From positions 1 to 64,000 of the IMG/VR virus record IMGVR_UViG_3300009160_000036: DNA of 64,000 nt, one strand, 5' to 3'. Below, one piece after another: positions 28,867 through 39,891 of the stretch. Every line of letters begins with the position of its first letter. Positions within the stretch are counted from its first letter, which is position 1. A model generated the notes under the pieces. That model was not told where the DNA came from and ran no database searches. It saw only the letters and a list, made by a program, of their open reading frames with translations. Source of the DNA: a virus. Made by a program: the position numbers and the translations under genes.

Positions 28867-28894
28867 GGTGGGGGGTAAAACCCCCGCCTTTTTT
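28867..28894 (+). terminator. rho-independent terminator
   Basis: GGTGGGGG/CCCCCGCC hairpin plus T6. Confidence 0.75.
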
Positions 28895-28954
28895 GTGCAA
28901 AAATAATAGTTGACAAAGGCTATCGGTTGTGAATTATCCAAGATACTAAATCAA

Positions 28955-29278
28955 ATGAGTCTATTCCACGACCGCCTCAACCGCCTCGACAAAACCCAGC
29001 CTAACGGAACCTGCCGCGCCGGCTTCCTCGACGACGTGACCCTCCCGGAGCTCGTTGCTCACTTTGGCGAACCCGAAGTTGAGTTCGAGGACTACGGCGA
29101 CGATTGCCTCGCCCGTGACGAGTATCATTGGACGCTCCACATGCCCTGTGGCGAGTGTTTCACCATCTACACCCGCAAGACCTCCAACTTCAAGATTGGC
29201 GGGCACTACGACTCCCACGCGAAGGTTCTGGCTCACGTTGCCAAGGAACTGCCCCTCTCCAAGGTCATCGAAGGCTAA
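28955..29278 (+). CDS. hypothetical protein
   Basis: start MSLFHD; TTGACA upstream. Confidence 0.65.
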   Translation: MSLFHDRLNRLDKTQPNGTCRAGFLDDVTLPELVAHFGEPEVEFEDYGDDCLARDEYHWTLHMPCGECFTIYTRKTSNFKIGGHYDSHAKVLAHVAKELPLSKVIEG

Positions 29279-29338
29279 AAATAAGTCTCGACAATAGCCA
29301 ACCAATTGCCCAATCTCCCCTTACACCAAACAACGACT

Positions 29339-29629
29339 ATGCCCAGCATTGCTCCTATCATCGCCCTCGAACAAATCGAGTCCCTCTACATCGGCAAAGG
29401 CCATTGTTGCCGATGCGGTTGCGGTGGCAATTACTTCCGCGTTGAGGAAGACCCTGCCCACGCCAAGAAAATCAAGCACTTCCTCAAGAAGCTCGCCTCT
29501 GGCAAGTATGAGGTCACCGAGCAGGATGGCTTTGCCGGCGAATACATCTACGAAATCAACCTGTCCAAGTCGGGACACGACCGCGTGGCTACCTTCTACG
29601 TCAAGCCTGTGGTGGACAACGCATCATAA
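29339..29629 (+). CDS. hypothetical protein (CCRCGCGG motif)
   Basis: promoter TCGACA-N17-CAATCT at 29288; CAACGACTATG leader. Confidence 0.65.
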   Translation: MPSIAPIIALEQIESLYIGKGHCCRCGCGGNYFRVEEDPAHAKKIKHFLKKLASGKYEVTEQDGFAGEYIYEINLSKSGHDRVATFYVKPVVDNAS

Positions 29630-29634
29630 GTATT

Positions 29635-30210
29635 ATGGCTCGCGGCTACTCACAATCTCGCTCTGAGGGTCCGGGCTACTCCGAAGGTAGTGACCGCAAG
29701 AGCCAACCTAGAAGTGAATACCCTCCGGGAACGGACGATTACGAATACAAGAACAAGGTGTCAGCCGAGCTGAACAGTCTTGTTCGAGCGGGCGATGCCG
29801 ACGGCAAGACCATCTTGGCGATGGATGACCCCACCAGAAACAAGCTCGTGGGAGCGATTGCCGATGGGACTACCGATGCTCGCTCTGGTCTGGACGACTT
29901 TGAATACCAAGTCGAGAGGGCGAACAAGGCGATTGATGCCGGCACTGTGGACTTTGAGTCTTACAGCGAGGCGGGTGCTATCCTGCCGTTGAACCTATCA
30001 GAGGTGATGGATGGCGCGGATGGCTTTGACATCATCAACGATGCCGTCGAAGACGAGCGACCGGATGACATCGCCGAGTTCGTCGAAGAGTTCGTCAAGA
30101 GCCGCATCCTCGATGCGGATGCCCTCCGAAAGGAGTTCGAGGAAGAAATCTCCCTTGCCAAGGAAAACGCGATGGAAACCTTCCTCACGGACTTCCGCAA
30201 CAAACCCTAA
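29635..30210 (+). CDS. MARGY-leader protein 12
   Basis: MARGYSQSRSE; TGGACA-N6-CA at 29613. Confidence 0.85.
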   Translation: MARGYSQSRSEGPGYSEGSDRKSQPRSEYPPGTDDYEYKNKVSAELNSLVRAGDADGKTILAMDDPTRNKLVGAIADGTTDARSGLDDFEYQVERANKAIDAGTVDFESYSEAGAILPLNLSEVMDGADGFDIINDAVEDERPDDIAEFVEEFVKSRILDADALRKEFEEEISLAKENAMETFLTDFRNKP

Positions 30211-30216
30211 CAACTT

Positions 30217-30897
30217 ATGAGCCGAGGATATTCCCAATCACAATCTGAAGGTTTTGCCAAGAAGGGCAGCCCTGCTGACCTGCGCAACCAAGCACTCGAC
30301 GCCCAAGCTGCCAAGGCTGGTCAGCGACAGGTGGACTCCGCTCGCGTAGCGGTGCAAGGCATCTTGGATAACCTTAAGACAAGCATTAAGGGCGAAGAAA
30401 TCGCCGAGTTAGTCAAATACACCGCACAGGCTTCCGAAAAGGCGGCCGACCATCTTGAAAACCACACAGAGTCAGTCCGGGTAGCCAAGTTGCTATTGGA
30501 CTCCAAGAAGAAGGGAACGTGGCCCTATGAGGACTTTGACGAATTAACCAGAGGTATGGGCATCAATCTCCTGACGCCTGATGAAATGAAAGAAGCTGAT
30601 GAAGATGAGGACGCCCCCGGCGACTATGCAGAGAAGATGAGCCAAATCCTTGATTACGAGTATGAGGATGAGGTTATGTCGGACTCCAGAGACAACTACC
30701 TTCGCACCAACTACGACGACTATGACAAGAACGAAGCCAATGAGTCCAAGAACAAGGCGGGCTTTGCCAAGTCATTCATCAAGGACCGCCTAGAAGCGGC
30801 CGAGAATACTGGTAAGGAATTGCAGGCAAACCTTGATAAGGTTCGCACCAATGCGGTCAACCGCTGGCTGAACCAGCGAGAAAAGGGCAACATCTAA
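30217..30897 (+). CDS. MARGY-leader protein 13
   Basis: MSRGYSQSQSE. Confidence 0.85.
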   Translation: MSRGYSQSQSEGFAKKGSPADLRNQALDAQAAKAGQRQVDSARVAVQGILDNLKTSIKGEEIAELVKYTAQASEKAADHLENHTESVRVAKLLLDSKKKGTWPYEDFDELTRGMGINLLTPDEMKEADEDEDAPGDYAEKMSQILDYEYEDEVMSDSRDNYLRTNYDDYDKNEANESKNKAGFAKSFIKDRLEAAENTGKELQANLDKVRTNAVNRWLNQREKGNI

Positions 30898-30922
30898 TCG
30901 TTGACACAAAACCAATAGCACT

Positions 30923-31552
30923 ATGGCACGCGGATACTACCAAGCTTCAGGAACCTCTCGTTCTAACCTTTCGCCTGCTGACCGAGTTAAGGCAATTGAG
31001 GAAGCTAAAACAGCGGTCGCCAACGCCGACCGTAACTTTGAATACAATGGCTCTGGCAAGAAGGGTCGTCAGGCTCTTATTGAAGCCGAGGATAAGCTAG
31101 AAAAGCTAATGGCTGAACGCTCACCCGGCGCTCTTCCTACCAAGATGGACAAGCGTTCGGCAGAGAGACTGCACGACAACGCCATTTCCGCTTTTGATGC
31201 GGCATTTCAGAAGTCCGATGAAGACGGCAAGGGCATCAAGTTCAAGGCAGCCCCCGGCATTGTCACCTTTGGCGAAGCGCACACTGGCGGTTCGGGCTTT
31301 AGCGATGAAATTGACACCGCCAAGATGGATGTCGTATTCCACAACAAGGGTTTCTACTACAACTTGCCTATTCAGGGCAAGGGCACTGCCGTCATGGTTC
31401 CGATTCAAATCGAAATCAAGGATGGCTTCAAGCGAGCCATCACGCGAGAGAAGGACCTCGTGGAAGCCGGCAAGCACCTCAACATTGATTGGAACGACCT
31501 AGATGACGTCGTTCGTCAGAACGCCAATCAGTGGTTCAACCGTAAGGGTTAA
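30923..31552 (+). CDS. MARGY-leader protein 14
   Basis: MARGYYQASGTSRS; TTGACA-N6-CA at 30901. Confidence 0.85.
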   Translation: MARGYYQASGTSRSNLSPADRVKAIEEAKTAVANADRNFEYNGSGKKGRQALIEAEDKLEKLMAERSPGALPTKMDKRSAERLHDNAISAFDAAFQKSDEDGKGIKFKAAPGIVTFGEAHTGGSGFSDEIDTAKMDVVFHNKGFYYNLPIQGKGTAVMVPIQIEIKDGFKRAITREKDLVEAGKHLNIDWNDLDDVVRQNANQWFNRKG

Positions 31553-31556
31553 TTTT

Positions 31557-32342
31557 ATGGCACGCGGCTACTCTCAATCCAAATCCGAAGTCGGCACTAA
31601 CACTCGTGTCACTAATTACCAAGGTCGCCTTCGTAAGGCAGAGCAAGAGCTCGAAAAGGCTGACCGCCCCGGTTACAATGCCACGGAGCAAATCGCTAAG
31701 GTTCAGGAAATCCTACGGGCGGGCTTTGGTCGTGACGAAAAATACAACATCAAGGTCGCTCAAGCCCTCGATAAGGGTGGCAAGCTGAACATGATAGATG
31801 GCACAATTGATGGCAAGGAGCTAGCGCCTAACCTTGGTGCGTTCAGCAGAACAAATGTTAAGAGCCGGGCATCTGCCGATGCCGATGCGGACTTCAATTA
31901 TGAAGCCAATCGAGCCAACGAGCAACAGGGCTTTATCTTTGCCAAGGACGAAAAAGGCGAAATCTTTGCCCTTCCTCACACTTGGAACGTCAATCGTGCC
32001 GCACAGACCGTTGGGGTCTTTCAGGGCGATACTCTTAATTTCCTTGGTAGCGCCGATGGCACGAAGAAAGCCAGAACCCTTGAGGTCATTGGCACGTTCG
32101 ACAATACGAAGCGTGGTCTGAACCTAGCGGCTGCAGCGTGTGGTGATGCAATTGGTAGAACCGGCGGCATCAAGCAAACGGCGACCATCTTGACGAGCAA
32201 CAAATACGAAGAGTTTACCAATCAGAACTTTAGCCGAAAGGTAAGCGTCATTCCTCCGAACGTCCGTGACCAGCTTAACATGGCTGGCGATGGTTCCAGC
32301 CCCAATCCGTCGGGTGATGGATTTGACATCAAACGGAAGTAA
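31557..32342 (+). CDS. MARGY-leader protein 15
   Basis: MARGYSQSKSE; true start inside track ORF 31503. Confidence 0.85.
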   Translation: MARGYSQSKSEVGTNTRVTNYQGRLRKAEQELEKADRPGYNATEQIAKVQEILRAGFGRDEKYNIKVAQALDKGGKLNMIDGTIDGKELAPNLGAFSRTNVKSRASADADADFNYEANRANEQQGFIFAKDEKGEIFALPHTWNVNRAAQTVGVFQGDTLNFLGSADGTKKARTLEVIGTFDNTKRGLNLAAAACGDAIGRTGGIKQTATILTSNKYEEFTNQNFSRKVSVIPPNVRDQLNMAGDGSSPNPSGDGFDIKRK

Positions 32343-32369
32343 GGGTTGACTGTCTGACAATGTGCAAGG

Positions 32370-32795
32370 ATGAAACCTTGCAAGTGTTGCGGCAAAGCTA
32401 TTGCTCCCCGGAAGGACAAAACGCGCCCTATTGTCTATTGCTCGGCGCAGTGCCAGAATGATTTCCAGAACGCCAAGACCATAAAGGATTGGAAGGCGGG
32501 AAGGTTTGATGGACTCCGGGGCATCCAGCTTCAGCTCTCACAGCCGATAAGGAACTACATCCTCGATAAGGCGGGCCACAAGTGCAATAGGTGTGGCTGG
32601 GCAGCTCGTCATCCCACGACCGGTCGAGTGCCGGTGCAAGTCCACCACATCGACGGGAACGCAGAGAACACCAAGGAGAAGAACCTTGAGGTGCTTTGTC
32701 CCAATTGCCATGCCCTAACCCCGAATTGGGGCGCGGGAAACCTTGGCAAGGGTCGGACCTTGACCCACCGGAAGCGGATGACAAAAGGCAAGTAG
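32370..32795 (+). CDS. HNH endonuclease
   Basis: CNRCG...VHHIDGN..N....NL..LCPNCH. Confidence 0.88.
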   Translation: MKPCKCCGKAIAPRKDKTRPIVYCSAQCQNDFQNAKTIKDWKAGRFDGLRGIQLQLSQPIRNYILDKAGHKCNRCGWAARHPTTGRVPVQVHHIDGNAENTKEKNLEVLCPNCHALTPNWGAGNLGKGRTLTHRKRMTKGK

Positions 32796-32799
32796 CACT

Positions 32800-33510
32800 A
32801 TGGCCAGAGGATATGCACAATCTCGTTCTGAACTCACGGGCAACCTCCCGGTGGGAAGATATGAAAACACCCAGAGCTTGAAGAACCTATTTCCAGCAAC
32901 AAGGATTCCCAAGGCAGAAAAGGATAAAGCCTCCGACGAAGCCGCATTGAGCATCGTTAAAAGGTCGAGTCCTTACATCGGCAGGGGCCGCGACCGGGCA
33001 GAGGCCGAAAGCCAGCAGAACGACTATGCCAAGCGTCTGGCAAAGGCGATGGTTAATGGAGATGATTCCAATGGCGTCGAGGAATACTTCCCCAAGTCGA
33101 TGAGCACTCAATTCATCAATGCTCTTGCCAAGAGCAACTATGCTCCGGGACCTTTCGACAGGGACACGCTTGATGCTGTCTCCAAGATTATTGATTTGCG
33201 AGTTGCGGACAACTTGGGAAAGCAAGACTTTTCAGGAGATTTCAGCATTCGCTCAGTCCAAGATGATGATGGATTTCGCTTGGAACTTTACACCAGCGAA
33301 TACCGTGGTCGTGGGGCAGATGGCGAAAAGCAGTATCGCTCTTCTGGCGCAAAAGAAATCGCCTTTATTCCGCATGATGAGGTTTCGGGACGCATCACCA
33401 AGACCAAGGTGGCCAACTATCCTACGGAGATGTTTGAGTCCAAGGCCTTCCTTAAGGCCAAAGCTCTTGATGGCTACCTTGACGCCCTTCTGATGACTTC
33501 TGGCTTCTAA
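32800..33510 (+). CDS. MARGY-leader protein 16
   Basis: MARGYAQSRSE. Confidence 0.85.
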   Translation: MARGYAQSRSELTGNLPVGRYENTQSLKNLFPATRIPKAEKDKASDEAALSIVKRSSPYIGRGRDRAEAESQQNDYAKRLAKAMVNGDDSNGVEEYFPKSMSTQFINALAKSNYAPGPFDRDTLDAVSKIIDLRVADNLGKQDFSGDFSIRSVQDDDGFRLELYTSEYRGRGADGEKQYRSSGAKEIAFIPHDEVSGRITKTKVANYPTEMFESKAFLKAKALDGYLDALLMTSGF

Positions 33511-34118
33511 TGGCACGCGGTTATTCCAGCGCGGGTTCAGAGTCCACGTCCATCCGGGCGCGGGCTTATCCTGTCATCTGGGAGAAGAAGACCAAAGCTG
33601 CCATTGAGAAGGTCATCGCTAGGCGTGGTGAGGAGTTTCCCAACGAGAAGGTAAATGCCCTGCTGGGCGTTGAAACCATCGCTAAAGGGCTTAAAAGGCA
33701 TTCCGAATATGTCTTTCAATGGATTGATGTAGTCCCGTCAGAGGATAAAGACTATCCGTTTGAGCTGGAAGCCTCTATGAGCATTCCGGGAACAAATAAG
33801 CGGGCTGTTATGAAGATTGGCTCGTTCTTTGCCACCAAGGAGGAAGCCGAACAGGTTTCATACACAATGGGCGAGGGAATGGACATCGAGGAGAGCGGCA
33901 GGCCGTTGAACCTACGGCGAGATACTACCGAGGACGAGGAATCCAAAGCCCTCGACCAACGCGAGAAGAACAAAGTTCAAACCGTTGAGCTCGCAGTTTT
34001 CGAGCGCCGGCAAACATCAAAGCGATATGATGAATGGGTAAAGCGTTCCACAGAACGCTATTACGCCGAACAGAAGAAGGAAAACGAAGCAGCCATCGAG
34101 CGGAACAAGAATAAATGA
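33510..34118 (+). CDS. MARGY-leader protein 17
   Basis: MARGYSSAGSE. Confidence 0.85.
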   Translation: MARGYSSAGSESTSIRARAYPVIWEKKTKAAIEKVIARRGEEFPNEKVNALLGVETIAKGLKRHSEYVFQWIDVVPSEDKDYPFELEASMSIPGTNKRAVMKIGSFFATKEEAEQVSYTMGEGMDIEESGRPLNLRRDTTEDEESKALDQREKNKVQTVELAVFERRQTSKRYDEWVKRSTERYYAEQKKENEAAIERNKNK

Positions 34119-34792
34119 GCAGGGGATACACCACAGGGGTGCGCGGAGGCTTTCAGGCCCGGAGCGAGGCTCCACGGCTCAAGGGCATTGACTTTATGGC
34201 TTCGGGGCGGATTACCAAGATGAAGGGCAACTTCCCTCTTGAGCGCGATGCTCGTCCGTCCAAGGTCCTAGTGGAGGCCAAGGACAAAGACCTTGTTGGC
34301 ACCGAAAAAGTGTTTGGCAATCAAGACATCGAGCACGCCGCTGTCTTCGTGAAAGGCAAGCAGGTGTTTCTTCGCACCGACGAGTCGTCCAATAGCGTCA
34401 CCTTTACCCTCAAGGAGCTCAAAGCAATGAAAGATGCAGTCTTTACCCACAATCATCCGGTAGTCGAAGGAGTTTCCTTCCCGTTCAGTAGGGCCGACAT
34501 CTTGATGATGAGAGACGTCCGCGCTCAAGGCTTCCGGGCCGTTGCTGGCGGCACAACCTTTGTGATGGAACCCCCCAAGGACTCAAAGTTCTGGAAGACC
34601 AACTTCTCGAAACTCGAAGGCATGATGCAACAGGTCCTCGAAGTCCAGCTCAAGTCTAGGGGCGTCCCCGGCAACTCGGTTGACGAAATGTTTGCTCGCG
34701 CAAAACCCAAGGATGCGGCGTTCGCCCTTGATGCTATGTTGACCTTAATGGACAAGCAGCTGAACATCGGCTACAAGAAGCTCAAAAGCTAA
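34115..34792 (+). CDS. MARGY-leader protein 18 with JAB/MPN-like metal motif
   Basis: MSRGYTTG...ARSE; E(HAAV)...THNHP...FSRAD. Confidence 0.7.
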   Translation: MSRGYTTGVRGGFQARSEAPRLKGIDFMASGRITKMKGNFPLERDARPSKVLVEAKDKDLVGTEKVFGNQDIEHAAVFVKGKQVFLRTDESSNSVTFTLKELKAMKDAVFTHNHPVVEGVSFPFSRADILMMRDVRAQGFRAVAGGTTFVMEPPKDSKFWKTNFSKLEGMMQQVLEVQLKSRGVPGNSVDEMFARAKPKDAAFALDAMLTLMDKQLNIGYKKLKS

Positions 34793-34800
34793 CCCTTTTT

Positions 34801-34980
34801 ATGACCACAGGAAAATACAATACCACGAAGCACGACGTCCCCGCCGAAAACTTCAAGAACCCTATCAAGGATGACGCTTACCCGGAGATGACGGATGAGC
34901 AGAAGAAGAAACTTGAAGAAGACATGGCGAAGCTTGAACAAGCCTTTACCAAGGCTGTTCGCAAGGCTTTTAAGGGTTGA
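34801..34980 (+). CDS. 59-aa hypothetical protein (not in ORF track)
   Basis: ATG ACC ACA...GGT TGA fills the gap between MARGY 18 and 19. Confidence 0.6.
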   Translation: MTTGKYNTTKHDVPAENFKNPIKDDAYPEMTDEQKKKLEEDMAKLEQAFTKAVRKAFKG

Positions 34981-34997
34981 CGCTCGTCCATCGGTAG

Positions 34998-35366
34998 ATG
35001 GCAAGAGGCTACACCAAGTCTAATTCCGAGGCAATCGCATCCGAGATGCGTGCGTCCGGAGTTTCCGTGTTCACACCAGCGCCCAACACATCGGTTGCTG
35101 CTTATTTCAAGGACAAGCCCACACGCTCCCTGAAGGGGCTTTACAAGGAAGGGATGAACATCGACATTCTTGATAACACGGGCAAGTTCACGGCCGCAAG
35201 GGTGATGAGCGTCAAGGACAAGAGCATCTCATTGTTTCCTATCTTCAAGCTTCCGGGTGTTGCGCCCTCTTTCTCTGGTGAATTGACTTTCAACCTTGAG
35301 CGCGGACCCGACAAGCAGGTGCTTGGACTCCGGAACAAGGAATACAAGTTCCGAGCGGGGCTTTAA
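34998..35366 (+). CDS. MARGY-leader protein 19
   Basis: MARGYTKSNSE; TTGACG-N6-CA at 34977. Confidence 0.85.
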   Translation: MARGYTKSNSEAIASEMRASGVSVFTPAPNTSVAAYFKDKPTRSLKGLYKEGMNIDILDNTGKFTAARVMSVKDKSISLFPIFKLPGVAPSFSGELTFNLERGPDKQVLGLRNKEYKFRAGL

Positions 35367-36971
35367 AAGCCCAAGGGACGGTGCATGTCTTTCGTCTGCT
35401 TGGACACAGGCAGGTCAGGGTCTATGAGCCATCTAACGGTCTTGTCGCAAGTCTTACAGGTGGACGACGCTCGCCAGAGGCGGGTCGGAGCACTGTGCAT
35501 AGAAGTTTCGTTTGCCCAAAGCTTGCCGGCGCAATGAGGACAAGCAAAGGTCGGCTTAATGTGCTGTATGGATACTAGGTCGTCCTCTGTGTATCCAAGC
35601 TCGCGTTGCTTTTTGTCCATGCACGGAAGGAAAGTCGCATTCCATTCCGCATCAAGTCGGGAGAAGAAAGACTTGTTCAGTCTTTCACCTGCGTCCATCG
35701 GTCAAGCGAGTGTTGCAGCAAGTCCCGTGTGACCGTTCCCTTATCATCCTTTGGGAGGATGTTCATAAAGGCTTGGATGTTTCCCGCAAGGGCGTCGCCG
35801 GCTTGGATGAGTGCTAGGTTCTTGGCAGAAGCCTTTTCGGATTGCTCAAGGGTGTCAGCGATTCGTGCAACGCTCGTATTGAGCTTGTGCAGGAGGGCTT
35901 GGGTTGGGTCAGAGTAGTGCATCAGGAGTCATAGCCCTTGCGGGTGGTGTCCACATACTTGACGCGGAACTTCTTCGACCAGCGGACCTTGGGATAGCCC
36001 AATTCGGTCAAGCGGTCTTTATCGAGGTGCTGCCACTCTCCCGGAAGCGGGAGTTTGCCTGCCCTCATCATTTGCAGGGCGAGGTCATCTGGCAGGTTCG
36101 GATTGCCCTTTGGGGTGTCAAAGGAGATGATAAGGGTATCGGCTTTGCCGTAAGAATACGGGGCGCGATACTTGAACTTGAATGTAAGGTCGTTGCTCAT
36201 GTCATACGAACGATGGGGAATGCGGTGTCGGGCATCAAGCACAAACTTACTTTTTCTTTGTTCGCAAGCGTAAGGTGCATCCGCTCGTCGGGAGCATCAA
36301 TCATCTTTACGGCTTCGCCGATGAGCCGGAGGTCGTCGGGCGTGAGCTCGATGTCGCACACAATCGAGTGTGCGGTGAGGTTGTGCAGTCGGATGTGCTT
36401 CATGGTAGGTCGCGCAAATCGTAAGAGCCATCAGCCTTTTGCTTGCCCTCACGGACCAACAGGTCCGGGTTAAGAACCGCAAAGGTGCGGAGCTTGTGGC
36501 GCAGTATCGCTTCAACCTCTTTGGGGGATTTGCCCTTCCCTTCGGTTTCCACGAACAACGTGATGCCGACGTGATAGGTCGGACGCGGGTCAATGCCCGT
36601 TGGCTTGGCTTTGGAGCTCATTAGAGAGGGGACATGCCCAGAGGATAGACCTTGCCGTTAAAGTGGTCGGAGACGCGTCCTGCGGAGCCGAGGTCATCTT
36701 CCAGACCCTTACCATACAGGGTGAGGGTGTCCATCGCCTTGATGTAATCCCGGCGGGCTTCTTCGAGACGCTCTTTCGAGCGAGCGGACTCTTTGTCGGC
36801 GTCCAGACCTTCTTCCTTGGCGAAAGAAATGTCGTCGGCGAGCATACCCTCATAGAGGTCAATGTCCTTGCGGGCATCGAGCGCTTCAAGGGCTGCGGTG
36901 TGTGCCTTATCGAGGGAGTGCTTGGACTCGCTCAAGAGGCTGATGATTTTGTTGAGGTCGTTGAGACTCAT
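35363..36971 (-). CDS. leftward cluster of small hypothetical genes: 35363-35698 (Zn ribbon), 35677-35922, 35922-36200, 36197-36403, 36400-36621, 36621-36971
   Basis: coupled ORFs behind minus-strand TTGACG-N17-CATAAC (about 37015-36987). Confidence 0.6.
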
Positions 36972-37020
36972 AGTGGCGTAGTTAATGTTATGCCCGACGG
37001 CTTGGGTTGCGTCAAGCGGA

Positions 37021-37055
37021 AAAAGAAAAGGGGCAGGAGATTTCTCCCCCGCCCC
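37021..37055 (-). terminator. rho-independent terminator (minus strand)
   Basis: GGGGCGGGGGAG...CTCCTGCCCC plus T-rich tail on the minus strand. Confidence 0.65.
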
Positions 37056-37071
37056 CAGCGGTGCTTTCGGA

Positions 37072-37929
37072 TTAGTTGAGCTTGATGAGGAGGGCTTCAA
37101 CGTTGCCGGTATTCGCGGCTCGGATGAAGTTGTTCATCACAGCAGTCCCGACGCGTTCAGCGAGCTCGAAGCGAGGCTTCTCGGCGCGACCAGCGACATC
37201 GTGCGTGAGGTGTTGCGTGACGCTGTTGTAGAGGTTCCACAGGTTGCGTTCACGGTCTTCGTGGTAGGACGGAGACTCCCAGATGCCGACGACCTTCTCG
37301 GCCATACGCTCCGACAGCACCTTGCGGTCAGCGAGGTTCAGCAGGACACGCGAGCCTTCCTTCTGACCGACCTTGATTTCAGCCATACGGCGAAAGGCAG
37401 GCAGGGCATTGTGGAAGGAGTGAATAGCGGCATCCAGCGACTCGCCCACAAACTCGGTTTCAAGCGAGGAGGTGTGCTTGCGGGTGAGGTTGAGAGCGTT
37501 CACAGGGACAGCGGCTCCGTTAGAGCAGATGAGGCGGAACAGGCCGACGGCGAATGACGCCCGGAGACTGCCGTCAAACGAGTTTTGGGCGGTGAGACGG
37601 AAGTGAACGTCATCCTTGCCAATCTTACCACCCACGGCGGGGAAGTCATAGATGGCGCGGGCACGAGCTCCACCGTGAGTCACGATGGTTCGACGTTTGA
37701 AGTCCATACCCTTCTGACCGAACAACTTTTCAGCGGTGCTGAACAGCGTTTCGTTCTGGAGGATTTCGTAGCGGTCCGTCACGGTAGCGAACACTTCTCC
37801 AGTGTCCTTGCGTCGCGTGCCGAAGAAGCGAGTCTGCTCGCCGGTGGGGGTGAGGAGCGGGACCTGCTCGACTTCATAGTCGAACTTGGAGGTGACCCGC
37901 TCGTTGGTTTCTGTGATGTTGGTGTGCAT
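37072..37929 (-). CDS. DUF932/DUF945-family protein
   Basis: RKDTGEVF..VTDRYEILQN, NSFDGS, FRLICSNG, RKHT, LWNLYN. Confidence 0.8.
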   Translation of the reverse strand: MHTNITETNERVTSKFDYEVEQVPLLTPTGEQTRFFGTRRKDTGEVFATVTDRYEILQNETLFSTAEKLFGQKGMDFKRRTIVTHGGARARAIYDFPAVGGKIGKDDVHFRLTAQNSFDGSLRASFAVGLFRLICSNGAAVPVNALNLTRKHTSSLETEFVGESLDAAIHSFHNALPAFRRMAEIKVGQKEGSRVLLNLADRKVLSERMAEKVVGIWESPSYHEDRERNLWNLYNSVTQHLTHDVAGRAEKPRFELAERVGTAVMNNFIRAANTGNVEALLIKLN

Positions 37930-37981
37930 GTGGGTTGAAGAATTAAGGTTTTGAGTTATGCGGAAGCGATTGTCAAATAAA

Positions 37982-39355
37982 TTATTGAGCAAATCGTTTT
38001 GCCTTCTCGTTGGCAAGGTCGGCAAGGCGGGAGTAGATGAGGGTCATCGTATCCTTGTCGTAGCGGGCTTGGTCGTTGCGACCCTGCCCCCAAGAGCCTT
38101 CTGCCCAAGCGAGGGCGTCGATGGCGAGCTGGTCAATTTGGTCGTTGGTCATAGTGGTAGGATTAAGCGAGATGGATTTCGTCGTCTTCCGTTCCGGTGG
38201 TATCGTCGGCATAGTCCTCTTCATCTTCGTCCTCATCGGACTCGATGCGGAAGTCCACATACTTCATACAGAGACGAAGCATGCCGTCATAGTCGGTGCC
38301 GTCGGTCATAGCGACCTTGGTTTCCTCCTTGAACGCCTTGAGGTATGCGGGGGTGGCCGCAAGCGCCCTGTTACAGGCACCAAGGATGTAGAAGATGTTG
38401 CCGTCCGGATTGCGGACGATGGGTTTGGTGTTGGACATAAGGTGGTAGGAATTAAGAACCGAAGTCGTCGTAGTAAGATTTGTTAAGCTCAACCTCGAAG
38501 ACTCGACCACCCCAAGAGTCAAAGGAGGACTCGAAGTTAGTGTCGGGGTCGGGGCGACCTTCTTTCCCCTCCGCGTAAGCGAGGCGAAGAGCGCCCATAG
38601 CGTTGGCTTCCGAATCAGAGGCGACAGAGATGCCGTATCCGAAGATTCCGGGGATGACCCCAATCCAGATGGTCTTGGCTTTCATTAGAGGCAGAGGAAG
38701 GCGACAGAGGTAATCCAAGCCAGAGCGACGATGCCGATGGCGATGATGGCTTCTTTGATGATTTGCATGTTGGTAGAAAGAGAAGGGGGCGGGGGGATTG
38801 CTCCCCCCACCCGCTTGATTAAGCAACCTCTCCGTCGAAGGAGATGAGGTTGGACTCCTTGATGCTGATGACCTCGGTGGCGACCTTGTTTTCGGAGCGA
38901 GCCGAAGGGACGAGGAAGGACTCGAACTCATCCTTGCCCACGGTCACACCGTTGACCTTGAAGACCACGAAGGCCTTCTTGCCAGCAGAGGTGAGACGGA
39001 GGAAGCGTTCGCCCTTATGCTTGATGACGAAGGGGAAGTTTTCCCATTCACCCCAAGCGAGGGGCTGGACTTCACCGCGTTCGTTAGAGGCGATGCCCTC
39101 CTTGACAGAGGCGAGGTTGGCGAAGTTTACGCCGGCTCGAAAGACGTTGGAGACAATCTTTTCGAGGATGACGCCCTTGAAGGCGGCAGCGGGCTTCGGG
39201 TTGGACTTGAAGGTCACCGAGGCGAACTGACCTTTGCAGGCGAGGAAGGCGTCGATGGCGTTGTTGGTGGCGGTGTTGGGCATGTTGGCGGTGTTGGACA
39301 TAAGGGCGGGGGTGGAGGTGAGGGAGGTTTCGTTTGAGGGAGTGCTGTTTTGCAT
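37982..39355 (-). CDS. leftward early cluster: 37982-38152, 38163-38438 (DGNIFYILG family), 38452-38685, 38819-39355
   Basis: packed ORFs with biased codon use; terminator-like hairpin near 38778-38815. Confidence 0.6.
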
Positions 39356-39422
39356 AAAAGAAGTTGATACTATTCCCTTCCGCTTGCCAAGCACAAAAAA
39401 CAGAAAAAGATTAAAACATCTG

Positions 39423-39435
39423 TAAGTCGTTGATA
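39423..39435 (-). promoter_or_regulatory. IHF-consensus site TATCAACGACTTA
   Basis: exact match to WATCAANNNNTTR in an AT-rich divergent promoter region; identical copy at 46773. Confidence 0.55.
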
Positions 39436-39531
39436 ATCAATGTAATCAAAATGTGCTATTTTCCTGTTTCGGGAAAGATTTTTGCAGAAAAATGTCGCAT
39501 CAGAGGACAAATCACCCTGTTGTAGATACAG

Positions 39532-39891
39532 ATGAAGCGCACACCCTTACGTCGAAAATCCCCAATGAAATCAGGGTCATCGTTCACTTCTCGCAAGCCT
39601 AGCACTCCGGGCAACACTCTTAAGACCCATCGGCCGATGCGTCGCGTAAGCAAGAAGCGAGCAAAGGAGAACAAGCTCTATATGGACGTCCGCAAGGTGT
39701 ATCTTACAGAACACCCCCGCTGTCAGGTGTGCATAGACTCACCCGCATGCGACATACATCATAGAAGGGGGCGATGGAAGTCTCGCCTCTATGATACAGA
39801 GTTCTTCCTTGCCGTCTGCCGACCCTGCCACGACCGGATACATCACAACCCCGAATGGGCATACGCAACAGGTCTGCTCCTACCACGATGA
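39532..39891 (+). CDS. HNH-family protein
   Basis: CQVC...DIHHRRGR...VCRPCHDRIH. Confidence 0.75.
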   Translation: MKRTPLRRKSPMKSGSSFTSRKPSTPGNTLKTHRPMRRVSKKRAKENKLYMDVRKVYLTEHPRCQVCIDSPACDIHHRRGRWKSRLYDTEFFLAVCRPCHDRIHHNPEWAYATGLLLPR

